Assembly: GCA_041747555.1 (NCBI GenBank)
Contig: JBGTEY010000010.1
Location: 2,958-66,957, forward strand
Length of the DNA stretch: 64,000 nt
Source of the DNA: Patescibacteria group bacterium
GTDB taxonomy: Bacteria; Patescibacteriota; Microgenomatia; UBA1400; PJMF01
Direction of reading: 5' to 3'
Made by a program: the position numbers and the translations under genes. Positions 27,254 to 36,748 of this stretch are shown one piece after another; positions within the stretch are counted from its first letter, which is position 1, and each line of letters opens with the position of its first letter. The notes beneath the pieces are model-generated. The model searched no databases, was not told the origin of the DNA, and saw only the letters and a program-made list of their open reading frames with translations.

Positions 27254-28461
27254 TCTACAAAACTAAGAGCAATTCCCGTTTTATCAGCCCGACCGGTTCT
27301 GCCGATACGATGGATATAGTCTTCGTATGATTCAGGAAGATCAAAATTAATCACGTGTGAAACGTTATCAATATCAAGTCCTCTTGAAGCAATATCAGTA
27401 GCCAGGAGCACATCAACATTGTTTTTCTTAAACGCAGTTAATGCGCGTTGACGCTGCTGTTGGCTCTTATTGCCATGGATTGCCGCAACTCTGATACCAC
27501 GATCTTGCAAGATTTGAGCGAGTTTATTAAGGCTGTGTTTGGTTCTTCCGAACACGAGTACTTTTTCAAACTCATCTCTCAAAAGTAGATCAGAAAGGAC
27601 GTCAATTTTTGATTGACCCTTCATTCTGACCACATCTTGGGTGATGTTGTCGGTGGTTGTTTCTCGTTTAATCTCAATTTGAACTGGATTTCTTAAGAAA
27701 CTAGCAACGATGCTGTCCATTTTTTTAGGAATGGTTGCAGAGAAGAAGAGTGACTGTCTCTGATCGGGAAGTCGTTCCACAACATATCTGATGTCGTGAA
27801 TAAAGCCCATATCGAGCATTTGGTCAACTTCATCAAGGACGATGGTTGTGAAATCATTGTATGAAAGGATTCCACGTTTGTGCAAATCAATCAAACGACC
27901 AGGAGTTCCAATCACAAAGTCAGGTTTTCGTCTGATTCCAGAAATTTGTCTATTGATTGGAACACCACCAATACACAGTGCTGAGTTCATCTGCATTTGA
28001 TGGGTGAATGAATCTAACTCATCTCTGATTTGAACTGCAAGCTCTCTAGTAGGGGCCATGACCAGCACGCGCTTTTCATCTTGTCTGTATGTTGTGTGAA
28101 TGAGTGGCAAAAGGAACGCGGCTGTTTTACCAGTACCTGTTCTTGCAACTCCAAGCATGTCTCTACCCTCGAGGAGCGGTTGAATTGCTTGATCTTGAAT
28201 TGCTGTTGGATTGGTATAGCCTTTATCTTGAATTGCTTTGAGCAACTGAGGATGAAAATTAAAATCTTCAAATGAATTTTCCGGTGAAAATACGGGAATA
28301 TCAGTTGGGGTTGCTGCTTTATTTATGAGCAGTGTTGGGTCAAAGGATGGGCGACTCTTGCCGCGTCTTCCACCACGAAATCCACCACCACCCCCGCCAC
28401 GAAAACGGTTGTTATTTGATTTATACGAATTATTGCCACGCGAATTATTGCGATATGCCAT
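27250..28461 (-). CDS. DEAD-box ATP-dependent RNA helicase with N-terminal Arg/Gly-rich tail
   Basis: Q motif, Walker A ARTGTGKTAAF, DEVD, SAT, and HRIGRTGR. N-terminal tail FRGGGGGGFRGGRRGK. Confidence 0.9.
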   Translation of the reverse strand: MAYRNNSRGNNSYKSNNNRFRGGGGGGFRGGRRGKSRPSFDPTLLINKAATPTDIPVFSPENSFEDFNFHPQLLKAIQDKGYTNPTAIQDQAIQPLLEGRDMLGVARTGTGKTAAFLLPLIHTTYRQDEKRVLVMAPTRELAVQIRDELDSFTHQMQMNSALCIGGVPINRQISGIRRKPDFVIGTPGRLIDLHKRGILSYNDFTTIVLDEVDQMLDMGFIHDIRYVVERLPDQRQSLFFSATIPKKMDSIVASFLRNPVQIEIKRETTTDNITQDVVRMKGQSKIDVLSDLLLRDEFEKVLVFGRTKHSLNKLAQILQDRGIRVAAIHGNKSQQQRQRALTAFKKNNVDVLLATDIASRGLDIDNVSHVINFDLPESYEDYIHRIGRTGRADKTGIALSFVD

Positions 28462-28653
28462 ATATACTTTCTTTTACTCAATGGGTAAAAGTCGTATATT
28501 TGAAAAATTCTTTAGGGGAAATTTAAAAATGTGTTGCTTGAACCGATTGGTTTTTAATTAGATGTGGATTATAGCACAAAATAAACTACCTGTATATACC
28601 ATAATCTAAATTATAGGATTTATATGAAAACGAGGATGATATTTTGCCAAAAG

Positions 28654-30486
28654 CTAGCGCTTGAGCGCGCGAGTGATGTCTTGCTTGCGTAGTCTCAAGA
28701 AGTTCGGTGTAACCTCAAGCATTTCATCTTCACTAATCAAGGTTAAAAATTGTTCGAGTGATGGCTTAAATGCTGGGGTAATGGTGACTGAGCCATCAGA
28801 TCCTGATGCGCGCATGTTGGTTAGCTTTTTGCCTTTGGTTAAGTTCATGACCATGTCTTCTGAGCGGGTGTTAAGTGCCACAACTTGACCTGCATACATT
28901 TCTTCTCCGGGAGAGACGAGAAGTTGACTGCGTTGTTGAGCCTTATCTATAGAATAAGCAGTCGCATTGCCTGTTTCTTGGGCAACAACTGCACCGCCAC
29001 GACTGGTTTCTGCGCGCTGAGCGAGTGGTCTGAACTCTAAAAATATAGAATTAAGAATGCCTTCTCCAGATGTGGTTGTCATAAGTTCTGTTCTAAAACC
29101 AATCAAGTTGGCGGTTGAGATTTCGTACTCGAATCGCACAGAAGATGGTAGTTTAATCATGTTGGTGAGCATTGCTAAGCGTTTTGCCATGCCGCTGGTG
29201 ATAGCGCCGGTGTATTCTTCTGGGACTTCGATTGTAACTTGTTCCCAAGGTTCGTGTGTTTTATCACCGATGTTCTTGAGCACGACTTGAGGGCGAGACA
29301 CTGAAAATTCATAGCCTTCTCGACGCATCGTTTCAATGAGGACGGCGATGTGCATTTCACCTCTTCCTATAATAGTGAGGCTTTCACCGGTATCTCCTGG
29401 TTCCATGCGGAGTCCGACGTTGGTCTCGAGTTCTTTGGTGAGACGATCTCGGAGCTGTCTTGAGGTTGAGTAGGTTGCATCTTTGCCAGAAAATGGTGAG
29501 GTATTGACCGAAAATTTCATTTTAACGGTTGGTTCGCTGATGTTGAGTGAGGGGAGTGCGGCTGTTTGGTCTGGATTGGTGATGGTTTGGCCAATACCCG
29601 GGCTTTTGAGACCTGCGATGGCGATGATTTCTCCTGGTCCTGCGAGATCAATTTCTTTTCGTTGGAGTCCGTGATAGTTGAAAAGATACTCAACCGTTGC
29701 GGTTTGAGCTTTGCTGCTGTCTGGGTTGAGAACCGCAATGCGTTGGCCTTTTTTGACCGTTCCTTGAGAAACACGGCCGATTGCTAGGGCACCGATGTGT
29801 TGGTCAGCATCTAAAGAAGTGATTTGAATTTGGAGCGGGAGGGTTTCATCGCCGGTTGGGGCTGGAATGTGGGAAATAATTGTTTCAAAAAGTGGGATTA
29901 GTGAGTCGCTATCGGTGATGGTGAGTGAATTGTCGGTTTGTGATTCTGTTTTGGTGCCGACGACGCCGTCGATTCCTCTGGCGACGAGTACAGGAAAGTC
30001 GAGTTGTGACTCATCTGTTGCTGATTCCAAGAAAAGATCGGTGATTTCTGATTCAACGTCCTCGAGTCTTTGATTTTTCTTGTCAACTTTGTTGATGATG
30101 ACAATGCATTTGAGACCGAGTTTGAGCGCGAGTTTGAGAACGAATTTGGTTTGTGAGAGGACGCCTTCTGCAGCGTCTACGAGTAAAATGCAGCCGTCTG
30201 CCATGTTAAGCACGCGCTCGACTTCACCAGAAAAATCTGCGTGGCCAGGAGTGTCAAGAATATTGATTTTGTAGTCTTTCCAGAACACTGCGGTGTTTTT
30301 GGCAACAATGGTGACGCCGCGCTCTCGTTCGAGATCGTTGCTGTCCATGATTGTAGTTTGGTCATTTTCTTTTTGATGTTCTGCAAAGGTTGCGGTTTGC
30401 TTCAGCATTCCGTCGAGAAGTGTCGTTTTCCCGTGGTCCACGTGAGCGATAATGGCAATGTTGCGAATGGTTTCTTTTTGTAACAT
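28654..30486 (-). CDS. typA: Translational GTPase TypA/BipA
   Basis: AIIAHVDHGKTTL, DTPGHADF, NKVDK. 610 aa with EF-G-like domain order and a BipA-specific C-terminus. Confidence 0.9.
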   Translation of the reverse strand: MLQKETIRNIAIIAHVDHGKTTLLDGMLKQTATFAEHQKENDQTTIMDSNDLERERGVTIVAKNTAVFWKDYKINILDTPGHADFSGEVERVLNMADGCILLVDAAEGVLSQTKFVLKLALKLGLKCIVIINKVDKKNQRLEDVESEITDLFLESATDESQLDFPVLVARGIDGVVGTKTESQTDNSLTITDSDSLIPLFETIISHIPAPTGDETLPLQIQITSLDADQHIGALAIGRVSQGTVKKGQRIAVLNPDSSKAQTATVEYLFNYHGLQRKEIDLAGPGEIIAIAGLKSPGIGQTITNPDQTAALPSLNISEPTVKMKFSVNTSPFSGKDATYSTSRQLRDRLTKELETNVGLRMEPGDTGESLTIIGRGEMHIAVLIETMRREGYEFSVSRPQVVLKNIGDKTHEPWEQVTIEVPEEYTGAITSGMAKRLAMLTNMIKLPSSVRFEYEISTANLIGFRTELMTTTSGEGILNSIFLEFRPLAQRAETSRGGAVVAQETGNATAYSIDKAQQRSQLLVSPGEEMYAGQVVALNTRSEDMVMNLTKGKKLTNMRASGSDGSVTITPAFKPSLEQFLTLISEDEMLEVTPNFLRLRKQDITRALKR

Positions 30487-30686
30487 GATGTGGATTTCTA
30501 GCTATTCACCCGTTCTTTTTTGGCCTATGTACAGGCACGAAGAAGTTATTGTAAATGAAATACCCAAAATCACAAGTATCTAGTTGGGTGTGACCAAAAA
30601 TGCTCAACAAATTCTCAATCTGGGTTGGTATTCTAATTAATCTGGTTTCTGAGCATTTTTTGGTAGGATTAGAGGGTTTTTTTTCT

Positions 30687-31445
30687 ATGAATAAATTTTT
30701 AACCACTACACTACTTATACTACTTGTATACATCGGGTTTAGAGCGAGTCCTCTTTCGCAAAATACTGAGATTTCTGGCGCTCCACCGTATGGCGAACCA
30801 GAAAGCGCCGTTCCCGCTGGTGACGCTAATTCATGGCGAACAAATTGGGTGCGTCCGGACAAACCTCCTACGGTAGGAATTCAAGTTGGGCACTTGAAGA
30901 ACAGTGAATTACCCGAGGAACTCTCAAGGTTGATTGGAAATACTGGAGCGCAGGGTGGTGGCAAAACAGAAGCTGAAGTAAACTTCGAAATTGCCGAGTT
31001 ATTGGCTGCTCAACTTGAAGAAAAAGGAATCACGGTTGATATTATCCCTGCGACCGTGCCGCCTGATTACTGGGCAGATGTCTTTGTGGCAATTCATGCG
31101 GATGGGAGTGAAGATGTTCGCACGAGTGGTTTTAAAATTGCTGCACCTTGGAGGGATTTGAGTGGTGATGCCGGTGAGCTCGTGAGTAAGATGGAGACGT
31201 TGTATGCAGAATCAACTAATCTCCCAAAGGATCCAAACATCACCAGAAATATGCGTGGGTACTACGCCTTTGCCTGGTGGCGGTACGATCACTCGATCCA
31301 TCCCATGACGACGGCGATGATTGTTGAGACGGGGTTTTTGACTAGTGCGCATGATCGACAGATTATTGTTGGGCAGCCAGAAAGGTCTGCGACACCCATT
31401 GCAGAAGCAATTGTGTGGTATTTGAATAAAGAAGCCATATTATAA
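30687..31445 (+). CDS. N-acetylmuramoyl-L-alanine amidase (Amidase_3 family), secreted
   Basis: ADVFVAIHADGSED and AMIVETGFLTSAHD match Amidase_3 zinc-ligand regions. Signal peptide MNKFLTTTLLILLVYIG. A longer ATG start at 30600 is also possible. Confidence 0.6.
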   Translation: MNKFLTTTLLILLVYIGFRASPLSQNTEISGAPPYGEPESAVPAGDANSWRTNWVRPDKPPTVGIQVGHLKNSELPEELSRLIGNTGAQGGGKTEAEVNFEIAELLAAQLEEKGITVDIIPATVPPDYWADVFVAIHADGSEDVRTSGFKIAAPWRDLSGDAGELVSKMETLYAESTNLPKDPNITRNMRGYYAFAWWRYDHSIHPMTTAMIVETGFLTSAHDRQIIVGQPERSATPIAEAIVWYLNKEAIL

Positions 31446-31473
31446 AGTTTTCCACGAAAATGGGATGTGACTA

Positions 31474-32238
31474 CTAGCCTAAATCTGAGAGCTCGGACAG
31501 TTCGATGCAATCTTGTTGGGTAAATGGTCCATTTGCGGTGCGGGTAATTGACCAAGTCGTGGCGGGGATGCCGATTTTATGTGCAATGTCTTGCGTTAGT
31601 TGTCTGATGTAGGTTCCAGAAGAGACCGTTACTTGGTGGCGAGTAATAATACGTTTTTCTGGTCCTGAGAGTGTTTCCTTCCAGTTTTGTAAAATTTCTT
31701 CTTGGCGAAACGCACCTTCAATTTTGCGAACTGAGTGCTGCTGAGTACTGAGAATTGCGTCCCCGTCCAATTCTTCAGTCATGTCAGCAGAAATAGCACT
31801 GAGTGAAACGTTACGAGATTTTTTGGGAATTTCGGTACCGATTTTAGCGTGGTCGTACGCTGAAGCTCCAGAAAATCTCCGGGCAGAAAAATTGGGAATT
31901 TGTTGTGAATAGGTTTTGGGAAAAGCGGCGCACGTTTGGAGGAGTGCGGGTTTGAGCGCTTCTGGTGAGGGAGTTTTGGCAAGGAAATTTGTGATCAAAC
32001 CAAGTGCGTCCCCCGAATCAGTTTCAACTCCCCAAAGAATTGAAAAGCGATATGATTTTTTCCAGTCAGAGAGATGTTCTTTGACAAATCTGTCATTTCC
32101 TGAGAGTAATACCAGCACACCTTCTGCCATTGGATCGAGCGTGCCAGTGTGGGTTGTTTTTTCATCCAGAAGTTGACTTGCGCGTGCGGCAAGTTGATGT
32201 GAGGATTCGCCAATTGGTTGCCACAGCGAAAAGATCAT
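31474..32238 (-). CDS. truB: tRNA pseudouridine(55) synthase TruB
   Basis: Catalytic-Asp motif GTLDPMAEGVLVLL and the downstream TruB core. Confidence 0.8.
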   Translation of the reverse strand: MIFSLWQPIGESSHQLAARASQLLDEKTTHTGTLDPMAEGVLVLLSGNDRFVKEHLSDWKKSYRFSILWGVETDSGDALGLITNFLAKTPSPEALKPALLQTCAAFPKTYSQQIPNFSARRFSGASAYDHAKIGTEIPKKSRNVSLSAISADMTEELDGDAILSTQQHSVRKIEGAFRQEEILQNWKETLSGPEKRIITRHQVTVSSGTYIRQLTQDIAHKIGIPATTWSITRTANGPFTQQDCIELSELSDLG

Positions 32239-32711
32239 GAACGGTCAGATTGTTTGATGGGCCCAGCAGTTGCAGGAGATGGTTTTGTAAACAATCGCCG
32301 CAGTATTTTAGTAACAAATGGTTGCAAACTAAAATGTCGCGCCTCTTCAAATGTCGCGAGTATTAGAAAAATAAAAGCATACATAATATTTAGATTGATG
32401 TAGCCAGTTTTTGGGGGAAATGATGCAAGGTAGAACAGGAGCATCATAAGAATGCCACACACTGCGGTGAAGCTCAAAAAGACTCCAAAAATCAATGCAA
32501 TCCCAATGCCAATTTCACCAAAAATAACTAGAAAATCAACAAGATTATTTCCTGCCATTGCACTGAAGTACTGCGAAAATGGTCCACTCGATGCCTCCAA
32601 AAAGCCAGTCGCAGAAAAATCAGAAAGTAATTTATCAATTCCAGATGTTAGAAAAAGAAGTCCAAAGGCGATGCGGGTGCTGACTAATACAACTGTTTTG
32701 GTGGGTTGCAT
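32235..32711 (-). CDS. DoxX family membrane protein
   Basis: 158 aa, 4 TM, DoxX-like. ATGA overlap with truB (32235-32238). Confidence 0.55.
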   Translation of the reverse strand: MQPTKTVVLVSTRIAFGLLFLTSGIDKLLSDFSATGFLEASSGPFSQYFSAMAGNNLVDFLVIFGEIGIGIALIFGVFLSFTAVCGILMMLLFYLASFPPKTGYINLNIMYAFIFLILATFEEARHFSLQPFVTKILRRLFTKPSPATAGPIKQSDRS

Positions 32712-32817
32712 GTTGCAAGTGTATCAGATTCTCGAGAAATGAAAATAAAGACTTGTTTGGAATGCTGTTTCGTGGCAAACTACGGCTGGTAGTAGTAATA
32801 AAAATTAAGGAAATCTT

Positions 32818-33279
32818 ATGACAAAATTATTCATGAGTACACTGCTTATTGTGATCGCAAGTGTAGCTTTGGCGGCATGTACACCAGAGCCAACGGTTAC
32901 GGATTCAGCTATGGAAGGTGTGCCTTCCACCGAAGAAGTTATGGAGAACACTGAAGAACTTGGTGACGAAGCTATGGAAGCAGTCGTTGCACTAGAAGTC
33001 ACCATGGATACCGGTGAATTCTTTTTTGCGCCAAACACACTCGAGGTTGAACCTGGTCAAACTGTTGAGTTGACGTTAACAAATTCAGAAGGTGAAATGC
33101 CTCATGATTTTGTGATCGACGAGCTCAATGTTCAGTCTGCAGAAATTGAGATGGGCGAGGAAACAGTCGTTACCTTCACTGTCCCCGAGACAGCCGCAGG
33201 AGAAACATATGAATTCTACTGTAGTGTCGGTGAACACCGTGAAAATGGCATGGTTGGAACACTTGTCGTTGCAGAGTAA
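32818..33279 (+). CDS. Cupredoxin (plastocyanin/amicyanin-like type-1 copper protein), lipoprotein
   Basis: Lipobox LAAC. Ligand pattern HDFVID ... YCSVGEHRENGM (His, Cys, His, Met). An AAGGAA ribosome-binding site lies upstream. Confidence 0.7.
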   Translation: MTKLFMSTLLIVIASVALAACTPEPTVTDSAMEGVPSTEEVMENTEELGDEAMEAVVALEVTMDTGEFFFAPNTLEVEPGQTVELTLTNSEGEMPHDFVIDELNVQSAEIEMGEETVVTFTVPETAAGETYEFYCSVGEHRENGMVGTLVVAE

Positions 33280-33303
33280 GTAGAATACTTTGAAAACAAA
33301 GCA

Positions 33304-33335
33304 GGGGGCGGATCTGTGTACACAGATCCGCCCCC
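33304..33335. terminator. Bidirectional rho-independent terminator hairpin
   Basis: Perfect 15-bp stem GGGGGCGGATCTGTG / CACAGATCCGCCCCC with a 2-nt loop. Lies between convergent genes (cupredoxin ends 33279, minus-strand gene ends 33371). A/T-rich flanks. Confidence 0.6.
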
Positions 33336-33370
33336 TATCTATAAAGTTATCCCTCAACTAATTAAAAAAC

Positions 33371-33835
33371 TTAAACCTCCAGTACTCTATTTTTCTGATG
33401 GCTCATCACAACTAGTCCCTGAACAATATCCAAAACTAGTGCTAGTGCGACTACCACCATCCATGAGCTTACGCCCAATCCAAACTGCTCAGCAAATCGT
33501 GACACAACCCAGATTCCACCAACATTAATCGCAAAATACGCGATCATCCACTCCATACTTGACAGCTTAGCTGCTTTTCTTGATTCATAATAATGCAAAA
33601 ATGGTGCCGCAAACGCCACAATCAGTGAAAGTGACCCTACCGCATGGAGTAGTGCCCACCCTCTGCTTATAGTATTGGTTCCTAGTACAACAGCTTCTGG
33701 AAACCACACATTGGCGAAGTGAACAACCAGACTATTTGTGACAAACAGTGCTAGAAACAGCAAAACCAGCATCATTCCACCTGTTGCACCACCTGGAACG
33801 ATTTTGTTTTCATTATTACTTTTTTTGACTGACAT
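33371..33835 (-). CDS. Hypothetical membrane protein
   Basis: 154 aa with 4 predicted TM helices. Confidence 0.4.
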   Translation of the reverse strand: MSVKKSNNENKIVPGGATGGMMLVLLFLALFVTNSLVVHFANVWFPEAVVLGTNTISRGWALLHAVGSLSLIVAFAAPFLHYYESRKAAKLSSMEWMIAYFAINVGGIWVVSRFAEQFGLGVSSWMVVVALALVLDIVQGLVVMSHQKNRVLEV

Positions 33836-33927
33836 ATGCTCCTATTTTGTTTATAAATTTTCCCTGTTGCCAGTATACCCAAAATTCCAGTACTATGGAA
33901 AGTACGTAAAAACGCAAAGGCTACCAT

Positions 33928-35529
33928 ATGTCATCACCATCGAGCGCTGCACACAATACTGCAGAAAAAAATTCATCAGGCGAAAATAAAGAAGTTCTCA
34001 AAGTGGGAACCAAAAAGGTTCGCCTATTTAATAGAACATTTTCACTGCAAGTTTTTGTGGTTGGATTACTACTGCTCTTAGTGGTAGGTGTAGTTGGAAC
34101 GAGCTATATAATCAATTTCTCATCAACAGATAACAGAAGCCAAGCGCAAAGTCGCGGCGGCAGAGTCGCAGAAGGCGGCCGAGGCGGGGGTGAAGGCACA
34201 GATCCACGCGGTGGTCAGGGCGACCGTGGTGATACTGGCAGGCCAGGCAGACCAGGGAGTGGTGGTGGTTCGACACCACCCCCAGTAGGCACACCTCCCT
34301 CTTCTCCAGCTCCGACAGGTACTCCCACACCAACAGGAACTCCACCAGCAGGTGGTCGACCTGGTGGTGGCACAGGAGGTATTCAACCCTACGCAGGGGC
34401 TCCGGAGTGCGACGAGTCACTCCACAACGCCACTCAATGGCATGGACTTTGGAACTACGACGTCGGGTGTCACTATGATCATGAGCACAAAATGAATCCT
34501 AATGACTTAAATGATATTTTTGGAACTCAAATGTTCGAATGGGCGGGCGGTCAAACCATTTCATACCCTTGGCAAACCTACGCAGGAGCGGGGGTGAACT
34601 TTGAAAGCTACTTGCCAGGAACATGTACCGAGAACACCTGTAAGCATGAAGGATACAAATGGCTCTACTTCAGAGACAGAACATCCCCTGAGCAGATCAG
34701 TGGCGCGTTACTCCTCGGCGCACACGCCATAACCGATGCGCGTGTTCAATATCACGCAATTGGTGGTGAACTTGGCGCTTTAACGAGAACACACAGTGTC
34801 TCTGTGGAAGTAAAATCTTGTTACCACGGTATTGTGAGTGATGAAACCTGTGGAATTTATAAAGGCGCAGGTTGGCTCGATATGGGTCGATTAAATTATC
34901 CTGCGCGAGGAGTCTATCAACCGCTTCCAGGAGATCCACCTGAGTTTGCAAACACTGGTGCCGAACTTGCTCCGTACAGAATCCATGCAACCGGCAAGAA
35001 TAGCCTAGACTCTTGGCAGAGTGAAGGAAATGTGTACAACTACCTGCCAACTGATCCTAATGGACTATTCAGGCTCCGTGTTGGATACGGCGTGCACTTC
35101 CTGCAAGGAGAAAGTGTTGGCGAAACCAACCCACTCAACGCTGATGCAGCCACAAGTGAGACGCATTTCTGGTGTCTTGATAAAGCTACTGGTAAATACA
35201 CCTGCACCAATAATAATAGCGCTGCAGCATTATTTCGAACTTGGGTATCTATTCCACAATCACTTGATGGATCAATCTATGATGAGGATGGAACAAGAAA
35301 TGGCTATTTCACATTTCACGGATACACCAATCGATACGGTGATATAGTAGACAACTGTGCATCAGTCGGACTCGACTGTGTTCCGGTAGTTGCAGAAAAC
35401 TTCCCAATCGGAGGTTGCCAAAACCAAGACGGCATCTGTAAATCTGCCTACAGAGGAAGCACAGAGCAAGACGGCTGGGATGCCGATATCTCACCAGAGG
35501 GTGAGTGGTGGATAGGCTATCCTAACTAA
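33928..35529 (+). CDS. Membrane-anchored secreted protein with collagen-like Gly/Arg-rich and Pro/Thr-rich low-complexity segment and ~370-aa globular domain
   Basis: N-terminal TM (VFVVGLLLLLVVGVVG). GGRVAEGGRGGGEGTDPRGGQGDRGDTGRPGRPGSGGG followed by PPVGTPPSSPAPTGTPTPTGTPP. Cys-rich C-terminal domain. Confidence 0.5.
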   Translation: MSSPSSAAHNTAEKNSSGENKEVLKVGTKKVRLFNRTFSLQVFVVGLLLLLVVGVVGTSYIINFSSTDNRSQAQSRGGRVAEGGRGGGEGTDPRGGQGDRGDTGRPGRPGSGGGSTPPPVGTPPSSPAPTGTPTPTGTPPAGGRPGGGTGGIQPYAGAPECDESLHNATQWHGLWNYDVGCHYDHEHKMNPNDLNDIFGTQMFEWAGGQTISYPWQTYAGAGVNFESYLPGTCTENTCKHEGYKWLYFRDRTSPEQISGALLLGAHAITDARVQYHAIGGELGALTRTHSVSVEVKSCYHGIVSDETCGIYKGAGWLDMGRLNYPARGVYQPLPGDPPEFANTGAELAPYRIHATGKNSLDSWQSEGNVYNYLPTDPNGLFRLRVGYGVHFLQGESVGETNPLNADAATSETHFWCLDKATGKYTCTNNNSAAALFRTWVSIPQSLDGSIYDEDGTRNGYFTFHGYTNRYGDIVDNCASVGLDCVPVVAENFPIGGCQNQDGICKSAYRGSTEQDGWDADISPEGEWWIGYPN

Positions 35530-35569
35530 ACCTCTCAGTTTCGACAGAGAGCGTTTCACAACGTAGTTA

Positions 35570-35606
35570 AAAAACCCTGGCTTGAGAAAAACAAGCCAGG
35601 GTTTTT
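35570..35606. terminator. Bidirectional rho-independent terminator
   Basis: AAAAA-CCCTGGCTTG-agaaaaa-CAAGCCAGGG-TTTTT between convergent genes (ends at 35529 and 35665). Confidence 0.55.
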
Positions 35607-35664
35607 GGTATGAAAATCTACTCAAAGAAGCACAAGACGAAAGCAAACGCGAATAAGTATAGAC

Positions 35665-36195
35665 TTAGAAAGAATTTTTTAGATACGAAGTATCTTTATC
35701 AAGCTGCTTGAGCACTGTTTCTTTGGCCTCATCAAGATCTTCTTGATGAACTACGGCAACTTCTTGTGCCAGAAATCGGAGCGCTTTTTTGAATAGTTGT
35801 TGCTTTCTTAATGAAAATTTACAATCAGGGTGTTGCTTGTGCATCCAGAGTTGTTTGGCAAGCGTTGCGACTTCTTCCAGATCATTTCCTTTGAGTGTTT
35901 CTGTGGCAGTTCGAACATTGATAATTTCTTCCTGGTCGCCTGGACTGTTAAGGATAGAGAAAATTTCTTTGAGCTTCTTCTTTGTGACTGGTTTTCGTTT
36001 ATTTGTGGATTCAATGTTATCAATTGGAATTGAACACATTATTGTTTTTGATTTGGTAGTTGTGAAGAGTGGGCGAAAATATACGTATTGTTTGCTATCA
36101 CCTTTGCCGTTTTTTTTGTCACGAATTTCTACAATCTCATGAGCCTTGCCGTTACTGATTAGTACGTCACCTGCTGAAAGTGAAAGTGAGCTCAT
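35665..36195 (-). CDS. CarD/CdnL-family RNA-polymerase-binding regulator
   Basis: N-terminal SAGDVLISNGKAHEIVEIRDKKN...KQYVYFRPLF...TIMCSIPIDNIES..RKPVTKKKLKEIFSIL matches the CarD_CdnL_TRCF domain. Start placed at ATG 36195 (MSSLSL...); the track ORF extends to 36327. Confidence 0.55.
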   Translation of the reverse strand: MSSLSLSAGDVLISNGKAHEIVEIRDKKNGKGDSKQYVYFRPLFTTTKSKTIMCSIPIDNIESTNKRKPVTKKKLKEIFSILNSPGDQEEIINVRTATETLKGNDLEEVATLAKQLWMHKQHPDCKFSLRKQQLFKKALRFLAQEVAVVHQEDLDEAKETVLKQLDKDTSYLKNSF

Positions 36196-36413
36196 GAAAT
36201 CCTCCTTGTTTTGTCTGATTTTAGCGTCATATGCCAAAAGTGTAAGTGCATTCATCCTAGCAGAATACAGGCCCTTTTTCAAGGCTACGAGGCGCTCTCC
36301 GCTTGACAATAGGTGTTTGATTCGCATAGAGTGTGGGAACTGGTTACCAGTGAAAACTGTTCACGCAGACTGGTGCCATCTGTATAAGTAGTATTTTTCT
36401 AAAGGAGGCACAT

Positions 36414-36656
36414 ATGCCCAAAAAAATCTTATTATTCTCTGGACTACTCATGTCTATGTTCGTACTCAGTGCATGCACACCAGAAACTGCAGAAACTACA
36501 CCTGAACCAGCTGTGATGGAAGAAACAGTACCTGCAAATGATGCAATGGTAGATGACACTGCACCTGCTGATGAAGAAATGATTCGAGATCTCACGAATG
36601 AAGGTGAGCCAGAAGGTGGCGGAACAGATGACGCTATGATGGAGGATGAATATTAA
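36414..36656 (+). CDS. Small acidic Met/Asp/Glu-rich lipoprotein
   Basis: Lipobox LSAC, strong AGGAGG ribosome-binding site 6 nt upstream. 80 aa, with a Met- and Asp-rich tail (possible metal binding, speculative). Confidence 0.5.
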   Translation: MPKKILLFSGLLMSMFVLSACTPETAETTPEPAVMEETVPANDAMVDDTAPADEEMIRDLTNEGEPEGGGTDDAMMEDEY

Positions 36657-36748
36657 AATGCAATAGGTTGTTGCGATTCGCGTTGCAGCCGATTTGTAAG
36701 CAAAATGTAAGGTGCTTTGCGTAAAATAAAGTACATGAGGGGGAGAGC

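Noticed and set aside
34112-34420. Cys/Trp-rich minus-strand ORFs across the collagen-like tract.
   Set aside because: Artefacts of GC-rich low-complexity sequence antisense to the Gly/Pro/Thr coding repeats.
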